Assembly (NCBI GenBank): GCA_008369845.1
Contig: MRSU01004800.1
Coordinates: forward strand, 1 to 59,638
Length of the DNA: 59,638 nt
Reading direction: 5' to 3'
Origin: Trichomonas gallinae
Lineage: Eukaryota
The translations under genes were made by a program, and so were the position numbers. The notes beneath the pieces are model-generated. The model made no database searches, was not told where the DNA came from, and saw only the letters and a program-made list of their open reading frames with translations. The first letter of the stretch is position 1. Each line of letters opens with the position of its first letter. Below, one piece after another: positions 40,746 to 50,849 of this stretch.

Positions 40746-43541
40746 ATGGAGATTAAACATGAAAAACTCGCATCTTCTTTTATTCCTACCATTCCTATGA
40801 CGTCCAAGCACGAGAACTACGCCAGAGATCAAGGATATGTGCTTACCAGGCTTGATAACGGCGGATATAAGTTATTTGGTGCTGATCAGGACTCTAGGGA
40901 GGCATTCATCAAAGTTCTTTGTGATAAAGAGACTGACTTCAGTCAGCTAAAGTCTGATGACGAAGAAGATGAATACCAGTACGAAGAGGAAGAAGATGAA
41001 GATGCAATTCTCGACAGATTTGGAAAATTATCGTATGCAAAAGAGAAAGAAACACTTACTAGAGAACAAAAAATCGAATCTAAGATAAGACAAGAAAAAG
41101 AAAGATTACTACGCAGAATTGAAAATCAGAAAAACCCAACGAAACCAGTTTCCGTTACAGAAGACAAACCAAAGAGACCAAGAATCAATATAAGAAAGAA
41201 ACGTGAAGAAGAAGAAAGAAAGAGAAAAGAGGAAGATGAGAAAAAGAAGAAAGAAAAGCAATTCGTACCTGTCAACATTAAACCAACAGAATGGGGACAA
41301 CTAGAAGTCGAATTCGATATCGAAGAGCCTAAAAAACCTGTCCAAAAGAAACCAGCTCTTCAAATTACAAATAATCAAGCAAATAATAACAATACACAGA
41401 CAAATAATGCATTCGCGCCTAAATACAAGAACAACAAGAAGCCTAAAGTTCAGGCTCCTCCAATAATGACTGGATTACCATTTCAAAATTCGATTTCGCA
41501 TGCGCCAAAGCCAGTAGAGAAGCCAAAGACAACAGCATTTTCAGCATTACACTTCATTCTCAACGATTTTACACCAAAACGCGCGCCCATACAAAAGAAT
41601 CGCGTACAAAAACAAGAACCAAGAACTAAACAGCAGCAGATAAACAACAACGCGCAAGTACAGGAAAACAACAACAATGACGGCGAAGTTGTTCCAAGAT
41701 ATCGTCACGCTAAGCAGGAACCGGCTCCAGTTTTAGATCCAACGAGAATCGAAGCCGCGCAGAAAGTTGTCGAGCAGAAAATCAAAGTTAAAGAGGAGCA
41801 GAAGCAGAAGGAGATAGATGACCACAACAAGAAGGCCGAGCAGCAGTTCCAGGACTACAAGCCACCGAAAGAAGAACAAAAGAAGTCGAAGAAGAACAAG
41901 AAAGAAAATAATCCATTCGCAGATTACATACCCGAGTCCTCTGAATCCAAGAAACAGGCCAAAGACCAGTTCGCTGAATACAAACCGGGAGAAGATAACA
42001 AAGAGAAAAAGAATCCATTCGCTGTTTATAAACCATCGCAATCTACCGAAAAACCGAAGGCAGAAGAACCAAAGAAACCAGAAGAAAAACCAAAACAAGA
42101 GCAAAAGAAGAAAGACAACAAATACGCAACATGGACACCACCAGCAAACAACACAGAAGAGAAGAAGCCTGCTATAGAAGAAAAGAAGCCAGCTGCAGAA
42201 AAGAAGAAGAAAGAAAACAAATATTCAACATGGACTCCATCAGCTACACCAGCAAATACAACAGAAGAAGCAAAGAAAGAAGAAGTTGTTGCGGAAAAGA
42301 AACCAGAAGAAACAAAGAGGACACAAGAAAAGAAGAAAGACAACAAGTTTGCCGTTTATATTCCTTCTGCTGCAGCTGAAAACAAACCAGAAGAAGCAGA
42401 AAAGAAACAAGAAGAAACTGAAAAGAAGCCAGACGAACAAAAGAAGTCAAAGAGCCAGAAGAAGAGAGAAAAACAGAAACAAAAGAAACTCGCAGAACAA
42501 CAAAAGAAGGCAGAAGAAGAACCAAAGAAAGTCGAAGAAACAAAGAAGCCAGAAGAAGTCAAGAAGACAGAAGAACAACCAAAGAAGCCAGAGCTGCCAA
42601 AGAAAGTCGAGAGTGTCAAGAAAGTTCTGCCAAGTTACAAAGTCGATCAAAACTTACGCAAATCGCTGTATTATCTTTTCAAGAGTTTCGACAGAAAGAT
42701 GACAGACGAGCAGATTTTGTCTGCAGATGAATATTTAGTCAACAACATGTCAATAACAGATGCTAAACAGTCATCAGAGAAAGTCACTGTTTCATCAGTT
42801 CTCGCTGATTATCTTATCGAGTGTTTCTCAGTCACACAGCATCGTGCAGGTCTTACTACTAAATTCCAGAAGAAGCCACTTGTCGTGGACCTCTTAATTC
42901 CGCCGAACACAATCAGGGTCCAGTTCAATAGGACAGGAGATGAAGAGGTAGAAGTCACAATATTCGGCAGCAAGGAAATAGACGCAGTGAAATCAAAGGA
43001 AGTTTTACTCAAAGCCATTTCTTCTCTCAGAGAAAACTTCAAATTGCGAACATTCACTTTCGCGAAAGTTTCGAACAACGAAACGAAGGCTTCGGAATTC
43101 CAGGACATGGTCAAAGATTACAGCGCTCTCTCCCTCATGACGAACTACAACAAGGAGAGCGACATCATCTCGTTCATTGTCTACACGCTCGTTAAGTGTG
43201 ATGAACAAATGGACAGGAATATCTCGGAAATTAAACACAAGCTCGAAGATTACCTTTCTTCTTGCTGCCTATTGATCTGCAAGTGCTGCCACTCAGCTTA
43301 TATAGAAGGTGATGGCTCACTCTGCTTCGAGTATTATCATCCAGGCATGAGGGTGCCGCTGGACGACGGATCCATGGAGAAGAAGATAGAGGACGTCGAC
43401 GGACAAGTAAAGACCCAGGTGAATTTCGCTTGCTGCGGAGTTTGCTTCCTCGAGGACATGGGCTGCCAGGAGAGGCTCAACGATGATCACACAAAGGAGA
43501 GCGAGCTTTCTTCCCTCATTATCAATGATGAGTCACTATAA
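40746..43541 (+). CDS. Lys/Glu-rich low-complexity protein with repeated aromatic motifs and a C-terminal CHORD/Btk-like zinc finger
   Basis: C-terminal CKCC...C..YYHPG...FACCG......GC.......H pattern, and a central KE-rich disordered region. First ATG at 40746. Confidence 0.8.
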   Translation: MEIKHEKLASSFIPTIPMTSKHENYARDQGYVLTRLDNGGYKLFGADQDSREAFIKVLCDKETDFSQLKSDDEEDEYQYEEEEDEDAILDRFGKLSYAKEKETLTREQKIESKIRQEKERLLRRIENQKNPTKPVSVTEDKPKRPRINIRKKREEEERKRKEEDEKKKKEKQFVPVNIKPTEWGQLEVEFDIEEPKKPVQKKPALQITNNQANNNNTQTNNAFAPKYKNNKKPKVQAPPIMTGLPFQNSISHAPKPVEKPKTTAFSALHFILNDFTPKRAPIQKNRVQKQEPRTKQQQINNNAQVQENNNNDGEVVPRYRHAKQEPAPVLDPTRIEAAQKVVEQKIKVKEEQKQKEIDDHNKKAEQQFQDYKPPKEEQKKSKKNKKENNPFADYIPESSESKKQAKDQFAEYKPGEDNKEKKNPFAVYKPSQSTEKPKAEEPKKPEEKPKQEQKKKDNKYATWTPPANNTEEKKPAIEEKKPAAEKKKKENKYSTWTPSATPANTTEEAKKEEVVAEKKPEETKRTQEKKKDNKFAVYIPSAAAENKPEEAEKKQEETEKKPDEQKKSKSQKKREKQKQKKLAEQQKKAEEEPKKVEETKKPEEVKKTEEQPKKPELPKKVESVKKVLPSYKVDQNLRKSLYYLFKSFDRKMTDEQILSADEYLVNNMSITDAKQSSEKVTVSSVLADYLIECFSVTQHRAGLTTKFQKKPLVVDLLIPPNTIRVQFNRTGDEEVEVTIFGSKEIDAVKSKEVLLKAISSLRENFKLRTFTFAKVSNNETKASEFQDMVKDYSALSLMTNYNKESDIISFIVYTLVKCDEQMDRNISEIKHKLEDYLSSCCLLICKCCHSAYIEGDGSLCFEYYHPGMRVPLDDGSMEKKIEDVDGQVKTQVNFACCGVCFLEDMGCQERLNDDHTKESELSSLIINDESL

Positions 43542-44295
43542 TTTTTTTTTGCATATTTATATTCTAAAGTATACTACATTAATTTTTTAGTCTGACTTTA
43601 CAATGAACACAATATAATTCTATATAATAAATTTCTAATATAGATCATCTTATTTATATATAGAAAAATTCAAGGAAATTTTGAATTTTATATATTTTTA
43701 CTTCTATAACATAATCGTGGTCATTATATGCTTATACTAAGTTCAATGAGTGAATATATAGGCTTATTAAAGCTAGAATTTAAGTGTTGCCCAATCAAAT
43801 TCAAAAGAATTCTTGAAATTTTGGAAAATTTTAAGTGCGAAAAGCTTATATTGGGATAATTAATTTTAGATATAAAAATTAGAGAAAATTGAGAAAAATG
43901 TAAAGATTTAAGGTTATTTCCTCTGAAATAATTCTATGAGGAAATCAATCGTTTTTAACACAAACTAAAAATCACATAATTTAATTTTCCATTTCACTAA
44001 CAATATTCAATACTTCACAGACTATTCCATTATTATCTATAAAATATATTATATTAATAGATATGAATAGAGATTAATTAGAAATTCTTTTGCAATTATT
44101 AAAATTATTTTGATCTAAAAATTAGTTTTTTATGTATAATTTTGGAAATATTAACTGCTGCTAAAAGGATTAAGTCCAAAACGATAATTTAATTGGTCAA
44201 ATTAACCTTATCATAATAAAAGGGGTCGACACTATAGAAAAATTGAATGAAATATCAAGACCCTAAATTTTAAATCACGTTATTTTTTTAAAAAA

Positions 44296-47200
44296 ATGGC
44301 GCCTGCAGGATTTGCAGGAACACGTCCTTTAATTCCGAAACTTATAAGGCCCTACAACCGCAGACACAATGCAGCGATGGGCAGCTCGACTAAAGTCAAT
44401 GGAATCCCTCAAAAAACAATTAACAACGAAACTAAATCAGTAACAAGACCGAAAATTCCACAACCTCAGTCACATCTCGTCAAAAAACAGGATATTGATG
44501 CCTTTATTAACGATGAACTTGTAAATGAGTTCGATGATTTCTTTATCGACGCATATACCTCTTCTATCGTTGATGCTACCGAATCTTTCATGAATAACAA
44601 GTTTGAAGCAGCGAACACACTCTACTTCCAGGATATTCCTAGCATTCAGCAGCTTTTTTCGCCAACTTATCGAATTTCATCAACAAGAACAAGCGGAATT
44701 GTCGCTTATGCTTACTTCACGAGATCGATCATCAGGACATCTAAGCCTACAACACATCCATCTTATCATACAGCAACAGATTCTTTCACAATTCCACAAG
44801 ATTGCCCAATTCTTATTATTCCTGTCTGGGATTACAAAGATAAGGTTGTTGGCGTTGTAGAAATCGTAAAATCATACGGATCACAGGAATTCACTGAAGA
44901 AGACGAAAAATGGGCGCAATTATTCCAATACAAGTTCCAAGTCTATTCACGCTTCTTCCTTCGCGCGCCGGCCAATGAACCAATGCTTCTCGACCTTCTT
45001 TCTCTCGGAACAATCGATGCAATTATTCCACAGATCGCAAATCGCATCCAAAACTACCTGGGAGCCAGGAAATGCGAGATTTGGAGGATGGACGTTCCAT
45101 CGCAGAAGACCTACAAGTACGGATTCAACATTCAGGAATTTACAGTTGAGAAATCTGGAATTATTGGCGCTGCTTTAAGCGAAAGCGCAATTCTCAACTG
45201 CCCCAGGACCCATCTTCACCCTCAGTACAACGCAGACGTCGATGGCCAATACGATGAACCGTTATTATTCGTTCCAGTGACAACGAACAATGCTGACGAG
45301 ATTTACGGCGTCGCCCTCCGCGGAACAGTCAGTGGTACGATCTTTACAAGCGAAGACGAGAACTCTCTCTGCAGAGTTGCTCCATTTATCACATTGGCCA
45401 TTTTAAACAGCCACATTTACACAGACATCAACACAGAATTCGAGCGCAGCCGTGCTGAACGCGAAGGACTTGCAGCATTGCTCGAAGTCGCCGAAATTTT
45501 ATCCGGCCAACTTGAAATCGACAGACTTACAGAAGTTATCATGGAGAAAGGCCGTCAGCTCACCAAGGCAGACCGGTGCTCATTGTTCCTTGTCTCACAA
45601 TCAAGAGATAGATTAATCACATCTTTCCAGCGCGGACTTGCGAACTCCATTGATATCCCAATCAACAAAGGCATTGCAGGCCAGACAGTTTCCGAGAAGA
45701 AAGTCATCAACATCGCTGACGCTTACTCAGATCCGATGTTTGATAACACAACAGACATGGAAACAGGCTACAGGACACGCTCAATACTCTCAGTGCCGAT
45801 CATAAACAACAACACAGGCGAAGTTATCGGTGTAACTGAAATGGTCAACAAAGTCGATATGACGCCATTCACAGCTTGGGACGCCCACTTGATGCAGATC
45901 TTCAACGTCTTCTGCGGCATCAGCCTTGAGAACGCCTCCCTCTACAGACAGTCCATTGACATGGCAAATCAGCTTCGTTCCTTCTTCGACGCTTCAATGA
46001 CGCTAACAACGAACGGCTCGCTGCAGAAAGTCCTCAAAGACATCGTGACGAACGCGAGGAAATCAGTCGACGCGCGCAGGGCAGCCGTTTTCTTGGTTGA
46101 CGAGACAACATCGACATTATCGTGCTTCATTTCCGACGGTGGACATCTACCGACAACACTGCCGCTCGCAGCCGGCATCGTCGGCGCCTGCGTCAAATCC
46201 AAGGAGATTATCAGTGTTCCTGACGCGTACTCCGATCCACGATTCAACAGAAGCGTTGATAAGCAGACAGGATTCAAGACAACATCACTTTTGGCGGCGC
46301 CAATCATCGCTAAATCAGGTGAAGTGCTGGGTGTCGTTGAAATGGTCAACAAAGAGACAGGACCGTTCAACGAGAAAGACGCAACAATGATCAAGAGCTT
46401 CGCGACATTCGCAAGCGTGTCACTCGAAAACGCAAGACTCAAGAACATCGCGGAACTCGGCAGCGCTGAGATAGAAATGTCAAAATATGTCGGCGAAAGC
46501 GAAAGACAGCAATCGGAGATCCCATCACGTCTCGTTCTCGCTGACGACCAGAAGAAGATCGTCTCGTCTCTCAACTTCTTGTGCACGGACTGGAAGGGCA
46601 TCGGACAGGTCAAGATCTTGTTCTATTTATTCAACAAATTCAAGATATTGGAGAGGTTCTCGATTACGAACGAGATGTTCTTCAGGTTCGTCTACGAGGT
46701 CAGGTCCTACTACCACGACGTCCCGTACCACAACTGGACGCACGCTGTTGATGTTTCCGAGTATGTTTCATATGAACTGACGACAGCGAAACTCGAGAAC
46801 GTTTTGACTCCACTTGAAATCTTCGCCTTGCTTCTTTCTGCCGTCTGCCACGATGCCGGCCACGACGGCTTCAACAACGTCTACAACGAGAAGTCTGAGA
46901 CGCCGCTGGGCATCCTCTTCAAGTCGCAGTCAGTCATGGAGACTCACCACTGCACAGTCGCGATCCAAATCCTTTCTAACGATGAGACGAACTTGCTGCA
47001 CGCTTTGTCGCCGTCAGACGTCAAGAAGATGTGGAACATGATCATCAAGCTCATCCTCGCGACAGATATGGCCCACCACTTCAAGATGGTCAAAGACACG
47101 TCAACGCTGCTCGACGAGAACCTGTTCGACATAAAGAAGGACGAACACAGAATGCTCGCGATGCAGCTGCTGCTCAAGATCGGCGATATTTCCAACGTTT

Positions 47201-47481
47201 CGAGACCGTTCAAGCTCGCAGACAAGTGGTGCGACATTCTGTCAGAAGAGTTCTTCAGGCAGGGCGACAACGAAATCAAGAACGGCTTAGGATTAAGCTC
47301 GCCGCTCATGGACAGGAATAACCAGGACAAGCCGAAGGGTCAGATTGGTTTCTACAACTTCGTTTGCCTGCCCCTTTACCAGGTTGTCGCTAGGCTCTTC
47401 CCGCCGCTCGAAGTCAACTTGAACTCTGTCAAATCGAATTTGGAGATTTGGAAATCTTTGGCCATTCAAGGACAGAAGTAA
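44296..47481 (+). CDS. Class I cyclic-nucleotide phosphodiesterase with tandem GAF domains
   Basis: PYHNWTHAVDV, HDAGHDGFNN, ETHH, ILATDM, GDISN, EFFRQGD and QIGF. GAF signatures DAYSDPRFN..VD..TGF.T and EMVNK...F...D. There appear to be four GAF repeats, the first degenerate. Confidence 0.96.
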   Translation: MAPAGFAGTRPLIPKLIRPYNRRHNAAMGSSTKVNGIPQKTINNETKSVTRPKIPQPQSHLVKKQDIDAFINDELVNEFDDFFIDAYTSSIVDATESFMNNKFEAANTLYFQDIPSIQQLFSPTYRISSTRTSGIVAYAYFTRSIIRTSKPTTHPSYHTATDSFTIPQDCPILIIPVWDYKDKVVGVVEIVKSYGSQEFTEEDEKWAQLFQYKFQVYSRFFLRAPANEPMLLDLLSLGTIDAIIPQIANRIQNYLGARKCEIWRMDVPSQKTYKYGFNIQEFTVEKSGIIGAALSESAILNCPRTHLHPQYNADVDGQYDEPLLFVPVTTNNADEIYGVALRGTVSGTIFTSEDENSLCRVAPFITLAILNSHIYTDINTEFERSRAEREGLAALLEVAEILSGQLEIDRLTEVIMEKGRQLTKADRCSLFLVSQSRDRLITSFQRGLANSIDIPINKGIAGQTVSEKKVINIADAYSDPMFDNTTDMETGYRTRSILSVPIINNNTGEVIGVTEMVNKVDMTPFTAWDAHLMQIFNVFCGISLENASLYRQSIDMANQLRSFFDASMTLTTNGSLQKVLKDIVTNARKSVDARRAAVFLVDETTSTLSCFISDGGHLPTTLPLAAGIVGACVKSKEIISVPDAYSDPRFNRSVDKQTGFKTTSLLAAPIIAKSGEVLGVVEMVNKETGPFNEKDATMIKSFATFASVSLENARLKNIAELGSAEIEMSKYVGESERQQSEIPSRLVLADDQKKIVSSLNFLCTDWKGIGQVKILFYLFNKFKILERFSITNEMFFRFVYEVRSYYHDVPYHNWTHAVDVSEYVSYELTTAKLENVLTPLEIFALLLSAVCHDAGHDGFNNVYNEKSETPLGILFKSQSVMETHHCTVAIQILSNDETNLLHALSPSDVKKMWNMIIKLILATDMAHHFKMVKDTSTLLDENLFDIKKDEHRMLAMQLLLKIGDISNVSRPFKLADKWCDILSEEFFRQGDNEIKNGLGLSSPLMDRNNQDKPKGQIGFYNFVCLPLYQVVARLFPPLEVNLNSVKSNLEIWKSLAIQGQK

Positions 47482-47633
47482 CTTTATTTATTATATTTAT
47501 TTCTTTTATTGTTATGGATCTGATATTTATTTCTTTAAACATTTATAATTTTGGTAATTTTTCCCATTTTTAATATACAGAAAAATTATATTTCTTAATT
47601 AAGCCTAAACAATATTGGTAGAATTGCAAATAT

Positions 47634-47771
47634 GCAGAAGACGACTATGGAGAGACTCCATTATTTTCTGCTGCACGGGATAATAATATTGAAACTAGCA
47701 CAATATTTGCAAATGTCGAAGAGAAAGTCAAATATGGCAAAACATCATTATTCTATGCTGCAGAAAAATGA
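47634..47771 (+). pseudogene. Ankyrin-repeat gene remnant (not in the ORF track)
   Basis: Translates AEDDYGETPLFSAARDNNIETSTIFANVEEKVKYGKTSLFYAAEK*: two partial repeats with an internal deletion and no in-frame ATG. Confidence 0.75.
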
Positions 47772-47991
47772 TAATACAAAATTGGTAAAACTTGGTGAAC
47801 AAATAATTTGATAGTCCATGATATATTTAGTTTATGATATGATTTTATTAGAAATTAAAATTGAAAATTTCAAATTACTAAAAAAGAATCAATTAGACTT
47901 GCATTTGATAGTGTATTGAGGAGTTTGATATAAAGGAAATATATTTAATGACTAACTAACAGAAAATAATAATTCAAATAATATATTATAT

Positions 47992-48660
47992 TCAAACGTC
48001 TGCTGGGTTTGTAATACGACCATTGTAACGGAATTCTGATTCTCTATGAAGAACCAAACACATAATCTGAAGCGCAAAATTACATAATTGCCAAATTATC
48101 AATATAACTCCAAGTATTGCGGCAAGTATGGAGTTAGAATTAATTGCTATAATGACCCACCATATTCCAATGGCTCCGGATCCAGGGACTCCAATCAACA
48201 ATACGACGAAGCCAATTAATATGAAAGTCTGTATGAGAGAAAGCTTAAAATCAGCTCTTTCGTCTCTTATTGAGCAGTAATAAGGATAATATTGATTTGA
48301 AAATAATAAGGCTGGTAAGAAAATGGCAAGAATAATCGACATAAAAACATCCTTGAATGGAGCTTCTGATAATGGCGACTTTGATTTTATTGTAAATGTG
48401 AAGAAAGAGACAATAACTTGAAAAATACACGCGTATGTGAATGATACAGCTGCATTATACATTAATTTAAAGTATGGCCAGTAGTTCTGCGGAATTTGTG
48501 CAGTAACGTTGTGATAAGCGACTGGATAAAATGAAGGGAAATTTAGCAAGTGTTCTGTTGTGCGATCTGTTTCTCTCTCGAGACCCTCCAAGTCCAATGA
48601 CTCTGTTGCCTGAGCTTGAGGGGCTGCAAATGGATTCGGAAGAGAATCATTCTGACTCAT
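47992..48660 (-). CDS. SCAMP: Secretory carrier membrane protein
   Basis: N-terminal NPF, NFPSFYPVAYHN...QIP, four TM segments, YYPYYCSIR (E-peptide-like) and GVPGSGAIG. Confidence 0.85.
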   Translation of the reverse strand: MSQNDSLPNPFAAPQAQATESLDLEGLERETDRTTEHLLNFPSFYPVAYHNVTAQIPQNYWPYFKLMYNAAVSFTYACIFQVIVSFFTFTIKSKSPLSEAPFKDVFMSIILAIFLPALLFSNQYYPYYCSIRDERADFKLSLIQTFILIGFVVLLIGVPGSGAIGIWWVIIAINSNSILAAILGVILIIWQLCNFALQIMCLVLHRESEFRYNGRITNPADV

Positions 48661-49139
48661 TCTTTTAATAATTTAAATTTCTACCGATAAATGTAATGTC
48701 AAAAAATAATTTACATGTCAATATTTAACATGTAAATTATATCAACTGTTTCTCAAATGACTCATTGCCAAACTTTAGGGTTGTAAACAGTTCCAGACAA
48801 TTATCATAGAAACAATAAAGACAACATACTTCCATTAGATTAACAACTTCATAACTTGATTTTATATATTATTGCAAGATATTTTCTCAAAGCTATCCAA
48901 AAATTATAATTGAAAAAACAGCATTACTTTTTGCTTCACAAAAAAGATAATCAAAATAAACTTGTAAGTCTATAGTTTGTCACTACTATTGCATGTTGTT
49001 AATACATTTTCGCATAGCTTATTGCTCAATTTGCATATTAAAGTTATGATTAGTAATATTCTATAAAATTTATGTGTGTTTCATAGAAAGTGAATAATTT
49101 TTTTAATTGATCAATAACTATTATTTAGTTTCTCTTTAA

Positions 49140-50849
49140 TTAGATCATATTAGAAGTAAGTGGTGTGGAATCGATAGTTGAAACAATTCCAGCTGGCTTA
49201 TTCTGTCTAACGCAGAGGACAACAATGACAATGACAAGGATGAGAGCAATTGCACTCAATACACCGATAACGCTAATTCCCCAAACTGGGAGTTTTCCAC
49301 TGTCTTGGTCGTTTGTTGGCTGAGCTGTTGGCTGTGTTGTTGGCTGAGAAGTTGGCTGTGATGTTGGCTTAGAAGTTGGCTGTGATGTTGGCTGAGAAGT
49401 TGGCTGTGATGTTGGCTGAGAAGTTGGCTGTGATGTTGGTGGCTGTGTTGGTGGGGATGTTGGTGGCTGTGTTGGTGGAGATGTTGGCTGTGATGTCGGT
49501 GGTAATGTTGGTTGGGATGTTGGGGATGGTAGTGTCATCCAGTTGATCATCTTCTGGATAACTTGCTTGCGAACAGCCTTGAGTGACTCTGGATCATCAT
49601 CCTGCTCTTCCTTGAGGTCATCAGCGAAGCCGGCTTCTTGGATGACTGCGGCCTGGCGGTCTAACTCAGTAGAAGACTTTATGCAGCCGATGTTGACGTT
49701 GCCTTCGCGTTCACCGAATGTGAAGTATGCGTGCTTAACTTCTGGTGTTGTGCCGCCGTACTTCTTGTTGAACTCTGTTGTGTCTATGAGGTTCTTGTCG
49801 AAGAGGAATTGGCATGTGCTGTTCCAGAATGTGGAATTGACGAAGCGGGAGCGGAGATCTTTGCTAGTGACAACGAGAGAGTCAAGCTGTGTGCATCTGA
49901 GCCAGAACTGAGCGCGCATTGTGGAGAACATTGGGTTGTAGGCAGAATCCTGGGCAACACCTGGCCAGAGAGCGAAAAAGACGCGTGTTGGGACGATCTT
50001 GTTAGAAAATGATGATAATGTCAAAGCAACTGAGTCGAGGTCAGACCAGTTGGCAGATTCGAGGGCCTCACAGACTTTAGAGCCATCGAAGTTGTATGTT
50101 CTGTCGCGGATGCCTCTTGATAATGATTCAGCCATCATATAAAGGAAATCGCTTGTCTTGCTAGCAAAGTGGGCTTCTGGGCGGACACCAAAGTACTGCT
50201 CCATGAGCTCTGTCTCACGGTCGCCTGGAATTGTCAATGTTTCGACAGCATCATAGGCCTTCTTAACATTTTCGTAGCATTTCTGACTAATGTCCTTGAA
50301 GTATTGAGCTTCCTTCTTATCATAATCGGAAAATTCATTCTGCGCATTCAAAGGTGAAGAAGATGACCATGAAGCAACGATATTGAGATCATTCTCGTAT
50401 TTCATGTTAACCCAGGCAGCGATTGAGCCACCATATCCCTGGCCGACTAAAGCGACGACAGCCTTATCAGAGAGGCTGTAGTCCTTCTTCATAGCTACAA
50501 TGAAATCATGAACATCTTCAATAACCTGCTCAATTGTCAAAACAGCGAGATTTTCAACTGTAAACTCTTCGCTCGGGAGGGAGTCGCCGAAGAAGCGGTG
50601 CTCAAGTCCGAAAACGACAGCCTTCGTCTGCTCAGCGATTTTGGCGACTGAACCAGATGTGATGAGGCTGTCGGAGAATTTATCCTGATCACCAATAACG
50701 AAAATGAGTTTGTCGGATTTTTGCGCGTATTGTGTGTTTAAGTAGTATTTCTGGGTGAATGTCGTGCCCGGCTTGTTGTGGTCGACTGTCTGCTTGAAAT
50801 CCAGAGGATCAAGAGAGAAAATCCTAGGGATCAAAAAGCTTAAAAACAT
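49140..50849 (-). CDS. S28-family serine-peptidase homologue, probably inactive, with Pro/Thr/Ser/Gln stalk and C-terminal TM
   Basis: F.QTVDH...TFTQKY, LEHRFFGDSLP, LTIEQVIED and SSSPL are S28 hallmarks. The nucleophile motif reads GQGYGG. Signal peptide and TM anchor are present; Inr TCACT on the coding strand at 50869-50873. Confidence 0.88.
   Translation of the reverse strand: MFLSFLIPRIFSLDPLDFKQTVDHNKPGTTFTQKYYLNTQYAQKSDKLIFVIGDQDKFSDSLITSGSVAKIAEQTKAVVFGLEHRFFGDSLPSEEFTVENLAVLTIEQVIEDVHDFIVAMKKDYSLSDKAVVALVGQGYGGSIAAWVNMKYENDLNIVASWSSSSPLNAQNEFSDYDKKEAQYFKDISQKCYENVKKAYDAVETLTIPGDRETELMEQYFGVRPEAHFASKTSDFLYMMAESLSRGIRDRTYNFDGSKVCEALESANWSDLDSVALTLSSFSNKIVPTRVFFALWPGVAQDSAYNPMFSTMRAQFWLRCTQLDSLVVTSKDLRSRFVNSTFWNSTCQFLFDKNLIDTTEFNKKYGGTTPEVKHAYFTFGEREGNVNIGCIKSSTELDRQAAVIQEAGFADDLKEEQDDDPESLKAVRKQVIQKMINWMTLPSPTSQPTLPPTSQPTSPPTQPPTSPPTQPPTSQPTSQPTSQPTSQPTSQPTSKPTSQPTSQPTTQPTAQPTNDQDSGKLPVWGISVIGVLSAIALILVIVIVVLCVRQNKPAGIVSTIDSTPLTSNMI
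49315..49527 (-). repeat. 12-bp coding minisatellite (PTSQ/PTxP, about 18 units)
   Basis: GTTGGCTGWGAW-type units in tandem, encoding the mucin-like stalk. Confidence 0.95.

Noticed and set aside
41109..43238. Many overlapping Phe/Ser/Leu-rich antisense and alternate-frame ORFs, here and inside other long genes
   Set aside because: These are shadows of low-complexity or codon-biased coding sequence on the other strand or frame.
7407..47481. Cyclase-like gene and phosphodiesterase as a cAMP signalling cluster
   Set aside because: They are 33 kb apart with many unrelated genes between, and both families are large in trichomonads, so co-occurrence is unremarkable.
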